This document shows, piece after piece, positions 37,601 to 52,600 of a DNA stretch of 64,000 nt (position 1 is its first letter; the number at the start of each line of letters is the position of its first letter). The notes beneath the pieces are model-generated. The model had not been told where the DNA came from, did not search any database, and was given only the letters and a program-made list of their open reading frames with translations. The stretch is from Antedon mediterranea. Taxonomy: Eukaryota; Animalia; Echinodermata. The stretch is taken from the NCBI RefSeq assembly GCF_964355755.1, contig NC_092671.1:3844001-3908000 (forward strand), in the 5' to 3' direction. Made by a program: the position numbers and the translations under genes.

Positions 37601-40600
37601 TTTTCTGAAGCCAAAACCATCAAAGGCACCCTTCAACTGCACAGATTTGTACCGCAACAAGATGGTTCTCTTATGGTATACAAGTGCACAAAAAGATGAA
37701 CCAAGGAAAGTAAACGTAACAAGCTGCCCATCAACATCTACTACATTTGCACGAGAAGTTCCACAATATGCAATTTCTCAAAATCATTTTGTGGCGTGTT
37801 TGTATGATGGTGTGTGGTGGATTGGGATGGTGCTGGATGTCATTTCAGCTGAATTTGGTGACTAAACAGTACTTTAAATCATTTATGCATCATCCTGGTC
37901 CTTCAAAAAATGTCCATTGGCCAGATAAAGCTGATGGATTGAAGAATCAAGTGACCTATGTCTTATTGATGCACCATCACTAACATCATCATCAAGTAGG
38001 AATTTACAGTATATCAAAACAAGAAGAAGATGCAATATTGACTACTTTCAACAGGAATGATATCTTTCAATAAAACATTTATAGAGGCAATGTAAAATAT
38101 AACTGATTAAACATGTTAAATGCTGTTTTTCACATAGAATTTGTTTGATGTGCAATTTTGAAAGCCTATAAAATAGAACTGGTACAAAAGACATCTTAGC
38201 TTTATCTAACATTTTACAGGCAAGAAGTGTGAAAATATAAAAATTAATATTTAAACATTATAATTTTTGTTCCACAAGGTCATGGCAAAGGTCAAATTAT
38301 AGGTCAATAGAACATTTTAAGTGAAATTTATAAGAGTTAATTCTGATTGCAGATTTGGAATCCTCCTTAAATGGCCATTAATTTGTTACTTGTTTCATTA
38401 AAATCGGACTAGTAGTTTTGAAAATATTCACGTTTTAAAATCGACAGTCTCGCGATATTTTGCTCTTTTTAACGATTTTCGGCCATTTTAAATTGCCCGT
38501 AACTTTTTAACGGTTTGTCAGATTTGAATAAAATTTGAAATTTTGGAATTTTTCATAGTGATTACCATATATTTCAAATTTGATCAAAATCTGAGATGGT
38601 GAGGTGTAAATTTTGGTTTTTTTTGGGTGATTTGACATGGAATGACCCATAAACCGTAGGTCCAGTGTACACAACTTGCTCGTGTGCACTTTAAAGAACC
38701 TAGTACATCTTTCGAGACGAGTAGGGGGTTACCCCGGTGTACTAGTACATCACAGCCACTGATCACCAACTGGGCCCTCTGGGAGATCAGTCTTTGACTG
38801 AAGAGGTCACCCAGTATAAAGATAAAACAAACAAACAAACAATGCCCATATATGGACATGATTATGTCATATTACTACCATATTTGAACACATCACACTT
38901 TTTTTGTCAAACTAGTTTGGGGGGTTATAACAAATTAATGTTGTATTAATTGAATGGGAAGAATATTTCCATGTTGAAAGCCAGACTGACCTACTGTATT
39001 TAACAAATAATTGGTCAAAATATTTTAATATAAATATTATACTACAGTACATTATAATCATAAATGATTTTCAATATTGTAATGGTTTGTGTAAAAAAAT
39101 CATTTCGATCTCATGAGTGCAATGTACTGAAAAACTCGCTAATTCTGGAATTTCCCCGTGCATTATTTGGTTTCCACTTCAATACACTCCTTTAACAAAA
39201 TGACACAAAAACAAATATCAAAACAACACTCTATCCACAGTAGTTTCAGCTAAATTGTAAAACTTGCTGATTTGAGAATTTACCGACATATTTTGCTTTA
39301 TAAAATACAACAAAAGAATTCACAGCTTGTTTGATTTTATCGAAATTTGTAACTAAAACTTCCTAATTTTGGAATTTCCCAACATTTTTTACTGTACATA
39401 ATAACCACAACAAAATATTCAACAATTACACACAATATCATATTTCCTATCATTAAGTACAGTATTTACTAGCCTACAGTATTTTCAGTTTTGCTATATC
39501 CAAAACAATATGTTTCTTTTGCACAAAATAATTTTTCAGAACTACAGTGTATTTGATTTCATAAACAATCTCAGTAAAAATTTCATCATAAATAAAACAG
39601 CCATCAAAATTTGAATTTCACATAAATGAACAAACATAGAATTAACTATTTCTGAAGGCGGATTTTCATTTTTAAGTGTTAAAAAAAAACACAACAATGG
39701 TATTTACCTAGGGATAAAGTTTAGCTATAAAACCATCCAGGGCAGTGGAGTGGGTGGTGACAAGAGATTCCCATTTGAATCCTAACTAAATTTATTTCAT
39801 AGTTAAATTTAGCACCTGGGTTCGCTGACCAATAGTCAATAATAAATCTCACAGGTACTGGTCCATTGGCCAGTCAACTTTTTACATAAACTTTAATGTT
39901 TTAAAAATGATGACCAGCAAAAATTAAAATCGGGCAGGTATAAAAACTGGTTTACTGTACTTTTCAAAATGGGCTAGTTAAAAATAATCTTAATTAAGGA
40001 CGGCCCCTACAGTATTTATTACCTCCGCCAAGGTTATGTTTTCACCCCTGTATGTTTGTGTGTGTGGGTGTGTGTGTGTGTGTGTGTGTGTTTGTGTGTG
40101 TCTGTGAACAGCCTGGAGGCCACAGTTGTTATCCGATTCTAACCAAATTTGGACACAATGATCTATGCCCAAAAAGCTCGGAGTTCGAATTTGAGGGGGA
40201 AAGGTCATAGGTCAAGGTCACAACTAACAAAAAACTATATTACTGCCTAGAGACCACAGTTTTTATCCGATTCTCACCAAACTTAGCCACAATGATCAAT
40301 GACTCATCATATAATTTTTGTTACATTTTGAAGGGTCAGGGTTAAAGATCAAGGTCCACAAAAAAAAAAAAAAATAAAAAAATTTTAAAAAACTCTCAGC
40401 GGGACTTGAACAAGGGACCTTAACTGTGAGAGGCTGGATACATAACCATTACACCAAACTCTCATCCTCAACTTTGTAGTGTGCAGTTAGCCTATTTACA
40501 CTTTAGAACTAATAAAAAAAATGTAAAAAAAAAACATTTTCGGGGGGAATTTTATGTAGGGGAATTTTACAGTAGGCGGAGGTTTGTACTCTCGGAGTAC

Positions 40601-43600
40601 CCTCTAGTTTGTATTTATAATTATTTACAGTGACATACAGTACTCCAAGATACAGACATGCGTCCAAAAACAAAATATTAGTTATAATATAAGTTGAAAC
40701 AACAGTTTGCTTCTCTAGTATAGCTGTGTCCCCTGAATAGGTTGTACTGTATATGACTATATCCACACATGATAAACTAAAAGATTTTCCTTTAAATTGG
40801 CATAAAAATATTCAGAAATAAATTTGAAATTCTTTACTTTAACCATTTGAGTACTGCCTTAAGTTTACAATTACCATCAAAATATATTATTTCATACATC
40901 AGGCAATATTTGCATTTACAAATGGCATGTGCCATTAATGTGTATGAAACTATTGATGTTTAAATCTCATTAAGGGTTGTAAATCAACAACTCAACACTG
41001 TCAAGCTGTAGTTATGATGCAAATACACTCATTATTCTTGTTATTAAAAATTATTGAACACATCTCAAGTTCCAAATCTTGTTAGGGAATTAGTAATTAA
41101 GTCTTTATTCAATATTTTGTGCATTAGGCAGAAGCAGTGCGGATCAAAGTCAAATATATGAATGTTGGACAATAGCCAGCTACAACATGGCAAGGAACTT
41201 TAAATGTGCGTGTAAATTCGTCAGCATGGCAATACATTTATTATTAACACAAAATATATGTCATTGTCTTTTATATGAAACACATGTATTTATTTATACT
41301 GTTATAATTTGTAAACACCGACATATTTATTGTATTTGAGTATTTTTTATTTTTCAACAATTATATTAAAAAAAGTAAAAGTAATATAAAGTGTGAAAAA
41401 CAGGATTATCACAAGCAAGCATGTACGGTACATAAAATGAAATGGCCAAACATTTTTTAATATAGGCCTGAGGATGCAATTATGACAAAGGGGTTTAAAA
41501 GTAGCAAACAATAACATATTACAGTACATATTATTTTTGTACAGAATATACTTGTACAGTACCTCTATGAGATAGGCTTATAATGTCTCTTGTGATAATA
41601 TTTCATTCAGTATTTTCTTTTAATGCAACATTTATTTATTTATTTATTTATTCGGTATATAAAAATATATTGCAAAACGACAGTCAAGGACTGAAATGAA
41701 TTGTATTACAAATAAATAAAAATTAGTTAAAATTGCTATAAAAATAGAAACATCTTATTAAAATTAGATACCACATTAACATGCATTGAATACCGTAATG
41801 AACAAGCAGTATCCCAAATAGGACTCTTAGTTTCTTATGGAAATTTATGGAATGAAAATCAAAATTTATAGATTATAAAAAATCTATTCTTGAGTTCTTG
41901 TGTTCGTCTTTTAATAAATTAATCTTTTCATAAAGCATTTAATAAAACATGATACGATTAGTTAAGTTCATAGAAGGAACAAGCTTAAACAATATTAAAC
42001 ATCACATTAAATATTAAAGAGACAGCACTTTAAAATGAAACTAGATATTACAAAATAATTCAGTAAATTCCTCATTTAGTGACAGAAGTGCTAAACAAAT
42101 CCAAGAGTAGGTGTGATTAATACGTGTTTTCAGACGTTTGAATCCAATTTAAAGTCATATTTTAAGATTTAAGTGGGTGTATTGTATTTGTATCATTTTG
42201 AATAAATAAAGGCAATCTAAAAACAGGACACTTTGATCTTACTGTATGTCTGGCTGCAACATATACCAACAGTACTGTACTATGAACATATTCTCTGCGG
42301 CGTGCAGTGTAATGTGTGGTGTGGGGACTGAACGTGTTGCAGCCACAGATCCATTTGATCGCCAGAGCTCAGCATCCTGTTAGATTGCCTTGCTTAAATC
42401 TGTTTCAGGACATTATTATACTAGATATTAAAGCATCAACATTTTTCTTTTTATGGCTGCCACAAATCTCGCACCCCGCCCACTGATTATAGAAATGACT
42501 AAAAAATTAGCATATAAAAATCTTGATTTTTTTTCATTTATGTTCGTAAGTCAAAATCCAACCTAGACAGTATTAATTTGTATTTCTTGAAAAAAAATTG
42601 TAAAACTAAATGCCTGATTGGTTTGTGCTGTTCCAAAATATTACCTCGCGACTATATTTTCCCTTAGTGCAATGGGATTTGGGAAAATATAATCACCCAA
42701 AAAAAATTCTATACAAATAATGAATGTTTAGTAAATGGCACAAATAATTTCACGGTGAGAGATACTGTACTGTATTATAAAGATTATATATTAAATATAA
42801 ACAAATTTTCCCTTGGAGGATCTCAATACTGTACACCTCTACATTACTGTAACTAAGCAGTCAGTATCTGGTATATGGTTTTAATTTTTTTAAATTAATA
42901 CCATGCTTTTATTTATATTCCATTCATTTCTTTCCTCAACATAGGTTTTTATCACTCTGTCATACCATGATCATAGAAAACAATATTTTTAGTTTAGTTT
43001 CCAAATTACAAGAGGAATTTAAAGCAGCCTGATGATATCAACAGTTCATGGTTGACAAATGAATTGCTTCGTTGTTATTAATTACAGTTTCTTTTAAGGA
43101 TCATGAAAAAATTATTTTAAGGCAGTTACTGCAGTAAATATATTATTTTTGCAATTTTTACTACAATAACATGTATGATTTGAGTTTGTTCAATGTAGTT
43201 TTAAAAAGGCAGTCACTACAACAAAGTCACTACTTATTCTTAAACATTACAACAGCTTAAACATGCTTTTGTAATGCGGTATTGATTATGACATTAGCAG
43301 GTACTCAAAATGTTTGCTAAATAATTGTACTGCAGGTTAAAGAATAACAAAAGTAATTACAACGTAGAATCTTTTGAATAAATGTTCACAAAAAATATTC
43401 ACACACAGCAATGGTTCAAAGTTGAATTGTAATAAGGACATGCTGATACAGCAAGAAGATGTGTATATGTATGACAAACAGTCTGGTTTGCTTCTATATA
43501 TAAATTTACGTAAGGGCAAAATTCGGTAAATCGCGCGTTATTTCTAGAATGTTTACTCGATGGTATATAAAGTTGGTTCGTACTTTCGGTACTGATTTTA

Positions 43601-46600
43601 ACCGCCTGATGTAACCCTGTTTACTAATTAAATTGAGTTCGATAATTAGTTATTGACGATTAAAACGAATTTAGGTTCAAAGATTTGCCCCAAGTAGGGG
43701 TGTTTTCCGATCGTGGTATACACTGTCTAATGGATGTCCATCTTGAAAAATACCCGCCACAAAAATGCGAGGAGGCTTCGCATTTTCCTATCTCCTCCTA
43801 CGATAATTGTTTTTAATAGCTGAAAACCGGTTGAACAGCTCGAGTACAGTATCATAATGTTGAAGACAGGCCGATTTTCTTTAAAAAATACTATTTTGAT
43901 AGATTTAATATACGTTTATGCAAATGTATTGATTTGCAATGAATGGAACATTCCAAATTATTTGGTTTAACCATACTTGCATACCTCCATGGTTTAACAC
44001 AAGTAGGTAAATTTATAGACCCTTGGAGAATAAACAGAAATAGTATTGTAATGCTGTACAATACTGCAAATAGGTATTAACCACTTTTGATCGCCATTTG
44101 AATCAAAAGTGTGTTGGTACTGTTAAATATAATATAAACAAATATACTAATAAACTTTATCACTGTGAGTGTGGGTAGCCCCTACTTTTAGATTAAACAC
44201 ATAATAATATAATACTTTATTACTGTCGGTTGTTTCTCAACGTTTGTATTAATTAATAATTACAAAAATATAAACGTATTAGTGGTCTTTAAATGTACTT
44301 TACTATTTCAATCGACCATGAGACAGTGACAGTTTTAATAAAGTATTAAATCGGAAATGTTTTACTCTATTTAGTGGTATATTATTTATAGGCCTATAAA
44401 AAAATATTTCGTTACTGGTACTGGTACTGGTACTGGTTCAAATAACCGTCTCACAGAGACATCTGGTAGCCATTGACTTGAAGTTGGCATTTGGATGTGT
44501 TACTTTTAAATGTAGGCCTACAGTATGAGAGTGACTACTACCAAATTACACAGTCACAAAACAACTGAGAGTGGATAATAAAGAAATATATTAAAGAACC
44601 ATTTAATATAAAGAATATATTAAAAAATTGTTCCTCTTTGTACCTATCCTCATCCCCAACGCTCAACTCTAATGTTAGATACAAAACCCTAAACTCTAAT
44701 AGATACAAAATTGGGTTTGTTTAAATGAGTCCAAATAACAAATTTGGACTCATTTGTGACAATTTCTAGGTGCTAATTTTGGTTGACTACATAAATCACT
44801 GTGTCTATTTATTTGTTTCTGTAAAAGACAATGTTTTATAGTCCTGCCGTACGTACATTTGAAATCGCCAGTTTTTTTACGCTGAAATTACTATGTATTC
44901 GAGAACCATCTGTGGGCACGAACTAGATGGTACGCGAGCGAAGCGAGCGTACCATCTAGTTAATGATAATGAATCAAATAACAACCTGGATTTATGTAGA
45001 GTATCGTTATTTATAGCAATAATCAATCATCTATTTCCAAAATTATGGGGGAAGTTACAGTTTATTGATTTGAAATTTAACAATTTATGTTGCTAGTCTT
45101 AGGTAATACAAAATACAATAAATCACTTAAATAACATTTTATTTATAGTTGGTTGAATGTTATCTAACTTTAAATAAAATTTGAAACAAAATATTAAAAT
45201 AATCAAATTAAATAAGATCTAAAAAAATATCAGTATCAACTATCATGTTGACCATGTACTCAATTTAAAAACAAGATCAGTCAATTTCTTTTTACATTTA
45301 TTTGAGGTTTTTTGCCTATTTTGTGGTTAAACAAGTAATTCTGGACACAATTACTGAAAATTGAGGGTGCTATTAACAATTGCTTATGCATACAAATTCG
45401 CCTCAAATAATTATGTTATTATAATATTGATAACATTTTTTTGTCAGTCAGGCTTAGGACAACAGAATTTTTAAGGGGAGGGGGGGGGGGGCTTTAATAA
45501 TTAGTTATTTCTCCATGGTTATATGAAATTTTAGTTTTAGTAAATTATTATGAATTATGCTATTATATTGATTTCTTTTTCATTGCGGATACTACATGCT
45601 AATTATTTAGGCTTGAATTGAATAATTTAAATTAATTTAATTTTAATTTAATTTAGAGTAATTTAATTACGGAGTGACTCCGAATGTTTATTTGTATAAG
45701 GAATGTAAGTGTGATGCCATCTGGTGCTATAAGGTTTAACAACATGCATGTTGCACTTAGCTACTGTAGTACTGTAATAGTAATGAAATTAATTGATTTA
45801 TAATACTCTACAGTATTATTAGTGACAGATTGTATTCAATGTTCATTGCAGGCTGTTAACAAGTTATAATCAATAAAACCAGCAAACTAAAAACATTTAA
45901 GTAAAACATAGTATTACAGTATAATTCTTATTTTTATTTAAAAATGCAAAGCGTAAGCGCAAAGTGATTTGACCAATCACAAGCGATGGATTATTCACAC
46001 TGTTGGTTGATAATTGGTCAAATTGCTTGCTGTTGCGTCTAAATCCTACGTTGTGTCTCTAGTGGGACCAAAAGTCTGACTTTCGAAAACCATAAAGTTT
46101 AAATTTCGGAAACATAGTTTTGTATTGTATTTTTTTGCTGCATCAATTGATAAATGCATAGTAATATGGGTTGTGTTGTAGCATTATGCTTATTGATACA
46201 CTAGCGAAAATATTCCCAGATTTAAATATTGCATGTCAAAAAATCATAAATCTATTTTTTTACAGCTTTCTATCTAAAGGCTTAATAAAATTGAAATGCA
46301 GAATAAAATGACTGAAAGAGGCATCAATCTCTTGAGCCAATTAGCTTAGCAGGTTTAGACAACTCATCTATTTTAGAAATGCTGACATAGATTACACGTA
46401 ATATGTCAAGTGAAGTTGATTAAAAGTGGTGAAATTCGTCTCTGAATAGATTACAAAAGACCGAGTAATAATATAGTGCACGTATTAGTAAAATTTGCAA
46501 TTAAAAATCGGCTACAACCTGCCATAATATACTGCATTGTTGTGTTATGACCTTTGTGAACTTTCAATCATGTTATAGTCAACTTTCTATAAATAATATC

Positions 46601-49600
46601 TTCAAGTATTATATTGACATTATCAAACAAGTGGATTTACAGTAATGATTGAATTGAGAATATAATGTCATTCAATAAATAAAATGCATAGATGCAAGTT
46701 TTTATTTTTTTCTATGAATACGAATAAAACTTTACTGCAATCAAAGAGATTGAAGTTTAAAAAAAAGATGTTTATCTAAAAATAAATATATAAAATCATT
46801 AAAAATGTTCCTATATCCATTAAAAAATATACAAAAAAAAAACATTACACGCATATCAAATGTGTTTTTGACAATGACATGCATGTAAACTTAAAAAAAC
46901 ATAATGATATTGACATAAAATATTCCAGTGAGTGCCAATTAAGGTAATATGTTGTGTGTGTCCGTTTATGTACTGCACTTACTAGTAATCAGGATTTTTC
47001 CAATTGAAAAAGATTAAATGAAACTTTTGTAACTAATCAGTGTCATACGACTCTGATTGCTCCAATGCTGATTGCTAGATTCACAAGATCTGATAAATGT
47101 TATATGCCAGTAGTCTGAGCGCTTCTCAGAAAAGGTAAACCTGTTTTTCATTATGGTCTTCAATCAAAAAAAAAACTTGCTGTTCAATAGAAGCATTCAA
47201 TATAACTAAAACCAATGGAATGTTACAATAATGAATGTTTATGAGTTAAATAGTGAGAATATTTTATGAACAATTGACTGCTTGGCTTTGCCAGGTTAAA
47301 TATGTCAGGATACACTCACGTGTGTGAAAAATAAATAGTGAATGGAATGTAATACGAAATTAACAAATCAAATCGCAAAGATACACTCAGGTACAGTATG
47401 TTATAAAACACACAATAACCAACTCAATTAATCCAAGTGTCATATTAGTGTGTTATAAATGTAAAGAATATAAGGAATACACTCACTTTTCTAATTGTCC
47501 TTGCAAACCGTCGGCATGCTTTTTTAATATTTCATGTACATCTCTTAAATTAGAATGTTCATCTCTTTCTGTATTTAATTCATTTCCCACTGATTGCAAT
47601 CTGCAAACAAATAGATAATTGTTCATGTTTTTAATTAATTTTAAGTGTTTTTGGGCACAAGCTAGGGACACACCCTTCCTTAACTAAAATTAAATTTTAA
47701 ACTCCTTTATTAATATTATATCACTTATTTGTAAGCGCTTCTTCTTTTAACACTCCTGAATCCACCCATATTTAACAATACTTGAAGAAAAATTATATGC
47801 CAATCTAATACCATACATAATAGGCAAATTAGGTTATGAGAAAAGTTCAATTTTTATCACCTACAAAAAAACCAATTTCATTCTTAAAAATAAATTAAAT
47901 TTAAACATTTTTTATTCTATTATCATTTTCAATTGTATTTTCACCTTATTTATTTAACAGTATTTATATTTTAATGTATCCTGAAATTTAAAGATATCTA
48001 TTGAAATAAAATGTCTATATTGTTATCTCTAACCAAATGTATTGCGTAAGGCTAGCCATTGTGAACAATTAGATATATGTTACATTACATATTTTATCCT
48101 TAGCTTACCGCGCTTCCATTTCTTGCAGACGAGTTTGTTTCTCGCTGTATTTTTCTTCCAATTGTTTTTTTTCCTGCATGGACTGCTTTTTTTCATCAAG
48201 GTAATTTTCTATTCGATTTTCAGATTGTTGAAGAAGCAACCTTATATCATGAGCCTAAACAATATAAAACAAATACAAACAAAAATGATATTGAATGGAT
48301 ATTCATGGATAAAAACTATGGAGAATTATATGAAAAGAAAATATTAAGTTTATGCACACTTTGGCCAATAATTGCACTCATTTGAGATATCTTGTAATGT
48401 GTTCTATGTCAAAAGACATTCAGTGTTTGTGATGATGAAACATAATGCATTGCTAGAAATGTATTTTTGCTCATAGCATGTATGGCTCATTGTTCATAAT
48501 AATATGTACTTTCATGTGTAAAATGTCTGTAGTATGAAATAGATATGAACCATAATAAATGCTATGTATACACATTTTATAATTTCAAAACTTTCACAGC
48601 AGTGCAATGCCTACCCGGATTTTTTAATAAGGTTAAGGTACAACAAAAGTAAAGTATTTCAGCGATACAATCAATAAGGCACAGACAGACTCGAACCCAT
48701 GGTCTCTCACATGCTAATGTGATCCCATACCATTACACCATATCACTCTCTCTAGTGAGTTTATTGAATGTTTGTTTGTCATCTTTATTATACTATAAAT
48801 TTACATTAAACAGTACCTCTGTTTCAATATGACACAGACAGACACGAACCTATGCCTCTCACATGCTAGTCTGATCCCTCACCTATACACCATATCACTC
48901 TAATGAGTTTATGTTTGTTTATGTTATCTGTATAACTATACATTGATTTAGTTCATTGTACAGTACCTCAGCTTCAATATGTCACAGACAGACTCGAACC
49001 TATGCCTCTCACATGCTAGTCTGATCCCTCACCTATACACCATATCACTCTAATGAGTTTATGTTTGTTTATGTTATCTGTATAACTATACATTGATTTA
49101 GTTCATTGTACAGTACCTCAGCTTCAATATGTCACAGACAGACTCGAACCTATGCCTCTCACATGCTAGTCTGATCCCTTACCATTACACCATATCACTC
49201 TAATGAGTTTATGTTTGTTTATGTTATCTGTATAACTATACATTGATTTAGTTCATTGTACAGTACCTCAGCTTCAATATGACACAGACAGACCCGAACC
49301 TATGCCACTCACATGCTAGTCTGATCCCTTACCATTACACCATATCACTCTCTCTAATGAGTTTGTTTACGTTATCTTTATAATAGCTGTACATTGATTC
49401 ATTGTACAGTACCTCAGCTTCAATATGACACAGACAGACTCGAACCTATGCCTCTCACATGCTAGTCTGATCCCTTACCATTACACCATATCACTATCTC
49501 TAATGAGCTTGTTTACGTTATCTTTATAATAGCTGTACATTTTTGATTTATTGTACAGTACCTCAGCTTCAGATTGAGCATTTCTTGATTTGTATCGTGT

Positions 49601-52600
49601 CAGTAAGCGATCTGCTTGAGTCAGTGCCAATTCCTTAGCTTCAAGTAAGTCTTGTAAATCCCTCTTTTGTGTCTATAAATAAGAGTCAAGTTCATCAACA
49701 TGGTGTTAGATAATTATAAAGCTCTGTCTACACTATCAAACTAGTTTGACAAAAAAAGTGTGATGTGCCCAAATATGGTAGTGATATGACATCATCATGT
49801 CCATATATGGGTACATCACATATTTTGTCACATAAAGTTTGATAGTGTATACAGAGCATTAGATATAAAGCTCTGCGTACTATCAAACTAGTTTGAAAAA
49901 AAAGTGTGATGTGGCCAAATATGGTAGTGATATGACATCATCATGTCCATATATGGGTACATCACATATTTTGTCACATAAAGTTTGATAGTGTATACAG
50001 AGCATTAGATATAAAGCTCTGCGTACTATCAAACTAGTTTGAAAAAAAAGTGTGATGTGGCCAAATATGGTAGTGATATGACATCATCATGTCCATATAT
50101 GGGTACATCACATATTTTGTCACATAAAGTTTGATAGTGTATACAGAGCATTAGATATAAAGCTCTGCGTACTATCAAACTAGTTTGAAAAAAAAGTGTG
50201 ATGTGGCCAAATATGGTAGTGATATGCCCAAATATGGTTGTGATATGACATCATGTCCATATATGGGCACATCACATTTTTTTTGTAACATAAGTTTGAT
50301 AGTGTAGACAGAGCTTAAGATATTGCCATTCAGTTTAAAGGGGTAGTTCAGTGTTTATAATTCCTATTGTTTATTATAAATTAATATTAATAAACCCACT
50401 TATTTGCAACAGTGGAAAAAGTTGTGCTAAAGGAGTTTTTCGTAATGATAAAAATTCAACAAAATCTTCTAATTTTGTAAATTTTTTTCATTTTTGTTTC
50501 AGGAAAAAAGTACTGTATATAAATCTATTTTACATACAAAGTAATTATTACAATAGTTACCTGGTTAACGATTGTAAAAAAAAAAACATTATGAAAGTCA
50601 TGTAGCACAACTTTTTAAAAAGGGGGCTTATTTCATGAATCTCATGCTTTTGAAAAATAAGTGGGGGTAATATAATCAATATGGTTGCAAAAGTTTATAC
50701 ATAACAAACAACAGAAACTATAAACATGAAGTTCCCCTTTAAGCATTAATCAAATGTCTGTAATACTATAAAACCTGACACACATTTGAACCATCAATCA
50801 GTGTGATTATATGGCTTTATGTTCTTATACAAGTCTAATAAAAACATGCAATTTAAGTATAAGTAAATCAGAATCAAGAAATATTCAAGTACAGTAAACT
50901 TAATTTTTCTGTTACTAAAGCTAAAAATATTATCAAATTTTATTTTCATCACAAATTGTGTTTTTTAAAGTGTGTCTGCAAAATGAAACTACTTATTACA
51001 CTATTACAGTAGTACATATATATTTATATATTTTTATTTATTTATTTATTCATCAGTCTAAGACTGTTCTCCCCAGAGGGCCCAGTGTATATATATATTG
51101 TGACAGTGGCTGTGTGTGAACTAGTACACCAGGGTAACCCTCCACTCGTGTACTAGGTTCTTTCAAGTGCACATGAGCCAGATGTGTACCTTCGGTTTAT
51201 AGACCTTATCCGAGAAGACTTGTTCTACCACCACCAGTGAGTGAGCCTCGAACCCTTGTTATGGCTACGTATTACGGTTCCACCTAACCGCTTGGCGACT
51301 CACTCGCTGCACACATTTTTGTATCATCACAAGGGAATTACATTTTTATTTAGATCCAGATCACGTCTTTAATTAATTTTTACCTCTCTAATTGCTCCTA
51401 CTAAATAACGTTACCTGGAGTGACACCACTTTGTGTTCATAAATTGCCATCATGTCCGAGGCTCTTGTATCTTTAAGCTAAAAGAAAAGGCAAAATTAGC
51501 GAGTAAATGTATGTTTTTCAATCCCTATTCAGAGGACACTATTAGAGGACACTTTGTTGGGTCCTGAAGATGTCCCCTTAAAGATATATTGTCCCCCTGT
51601 CACTTTTTTTTGTTAATTATGACATTTTAATGTCCAAAAATTGGATCGAAAAAAACAAAGTGTAATCAAAAGCAAAAAATAGTCGAATTGGCTGCCAGCC
51701 AATGGGGTTTTGGTTGAATTTAAACGTTTTTTTTTTCTCATTTTATACGTAAAAACATTATTTAGTGATTAATTAAAACTACAAAGTGGCCTATTCATAG
51801 TTTTAATTTATCAATCTTAATTTTTCATGTTTTGGGGGGACAATATATCTTTAATATGGGTTCTATATTTCCCTATTCAGTGAAGACCACTATTAAAGTG
51901 TACCTTTAATAGAGGTTCTACCACATGTTAAACTGTAGAAAAACATTAAATTAAATGTGCTCACATCCATGCTGGTTTTCATCTTTTCAATTAATGAATC
52001 CACTTGGCTCTGACATGGCTGCCTTCCCTGTTGATCTCCACTACCATGATATATGCTGTGGGTTGGAGGTGGTGACAAGGGTTTATCACATGGCCTGTAC
52101 CGTAAACCATCCAACTCAGTCGGTTTTAAAGAATTAATAGCAGTAATATTCTCTCCGAGGCTGTAATATAAAAATCTCACATTACTTCTTAAACTCCCAT
52201 TATATACATAATAACATTATGACAAATAAGAATAGCACTTCAAGAGAGTACACACTTAATGTATAATGCACTTTCTAGTTTTAATTAATGTAATAATCAA
52301 TATGGGTAAGAAGTATGCTATCTGGGTTAGAAAACTGTAAAAAAAAATTAATTTCTATTGGGAGCAACAAAACAAGGAAACAGGGGAGGGGTTGATGTTG
52401 ATGTACTTACAGGGTTATTGGAAAGTCGGTTAAGCTGATTGAGATACTGAGTAACTCTAAACATATGTGTATTCTTTCTCTTGTGGCTGATGTCAGCGTG
52501 TAAGCCAGGAACGGCATAAATAGTGCATTCTGTAATACAATTTGTATTATTTTGTGTATTATGCTCATTTTACATACAGTCATACCGTAAATCATAGAAA

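Noticed and set aside
42245-42350. 11 bp inverted repeat TGGCTGCAACA/TGTTGCAGCCA as a miRNA or structured ncRNA
   Set aside because: The stem is short, the loop is about 70 nt, and there is no other support. It may be a small MITE remnant.
47049-47090. Candidate extra CIP2A exon (ttatcag|...|gtatga)
   Set aside because: 41 nt would break the frame, and the peptide is not coiled-coil-like.
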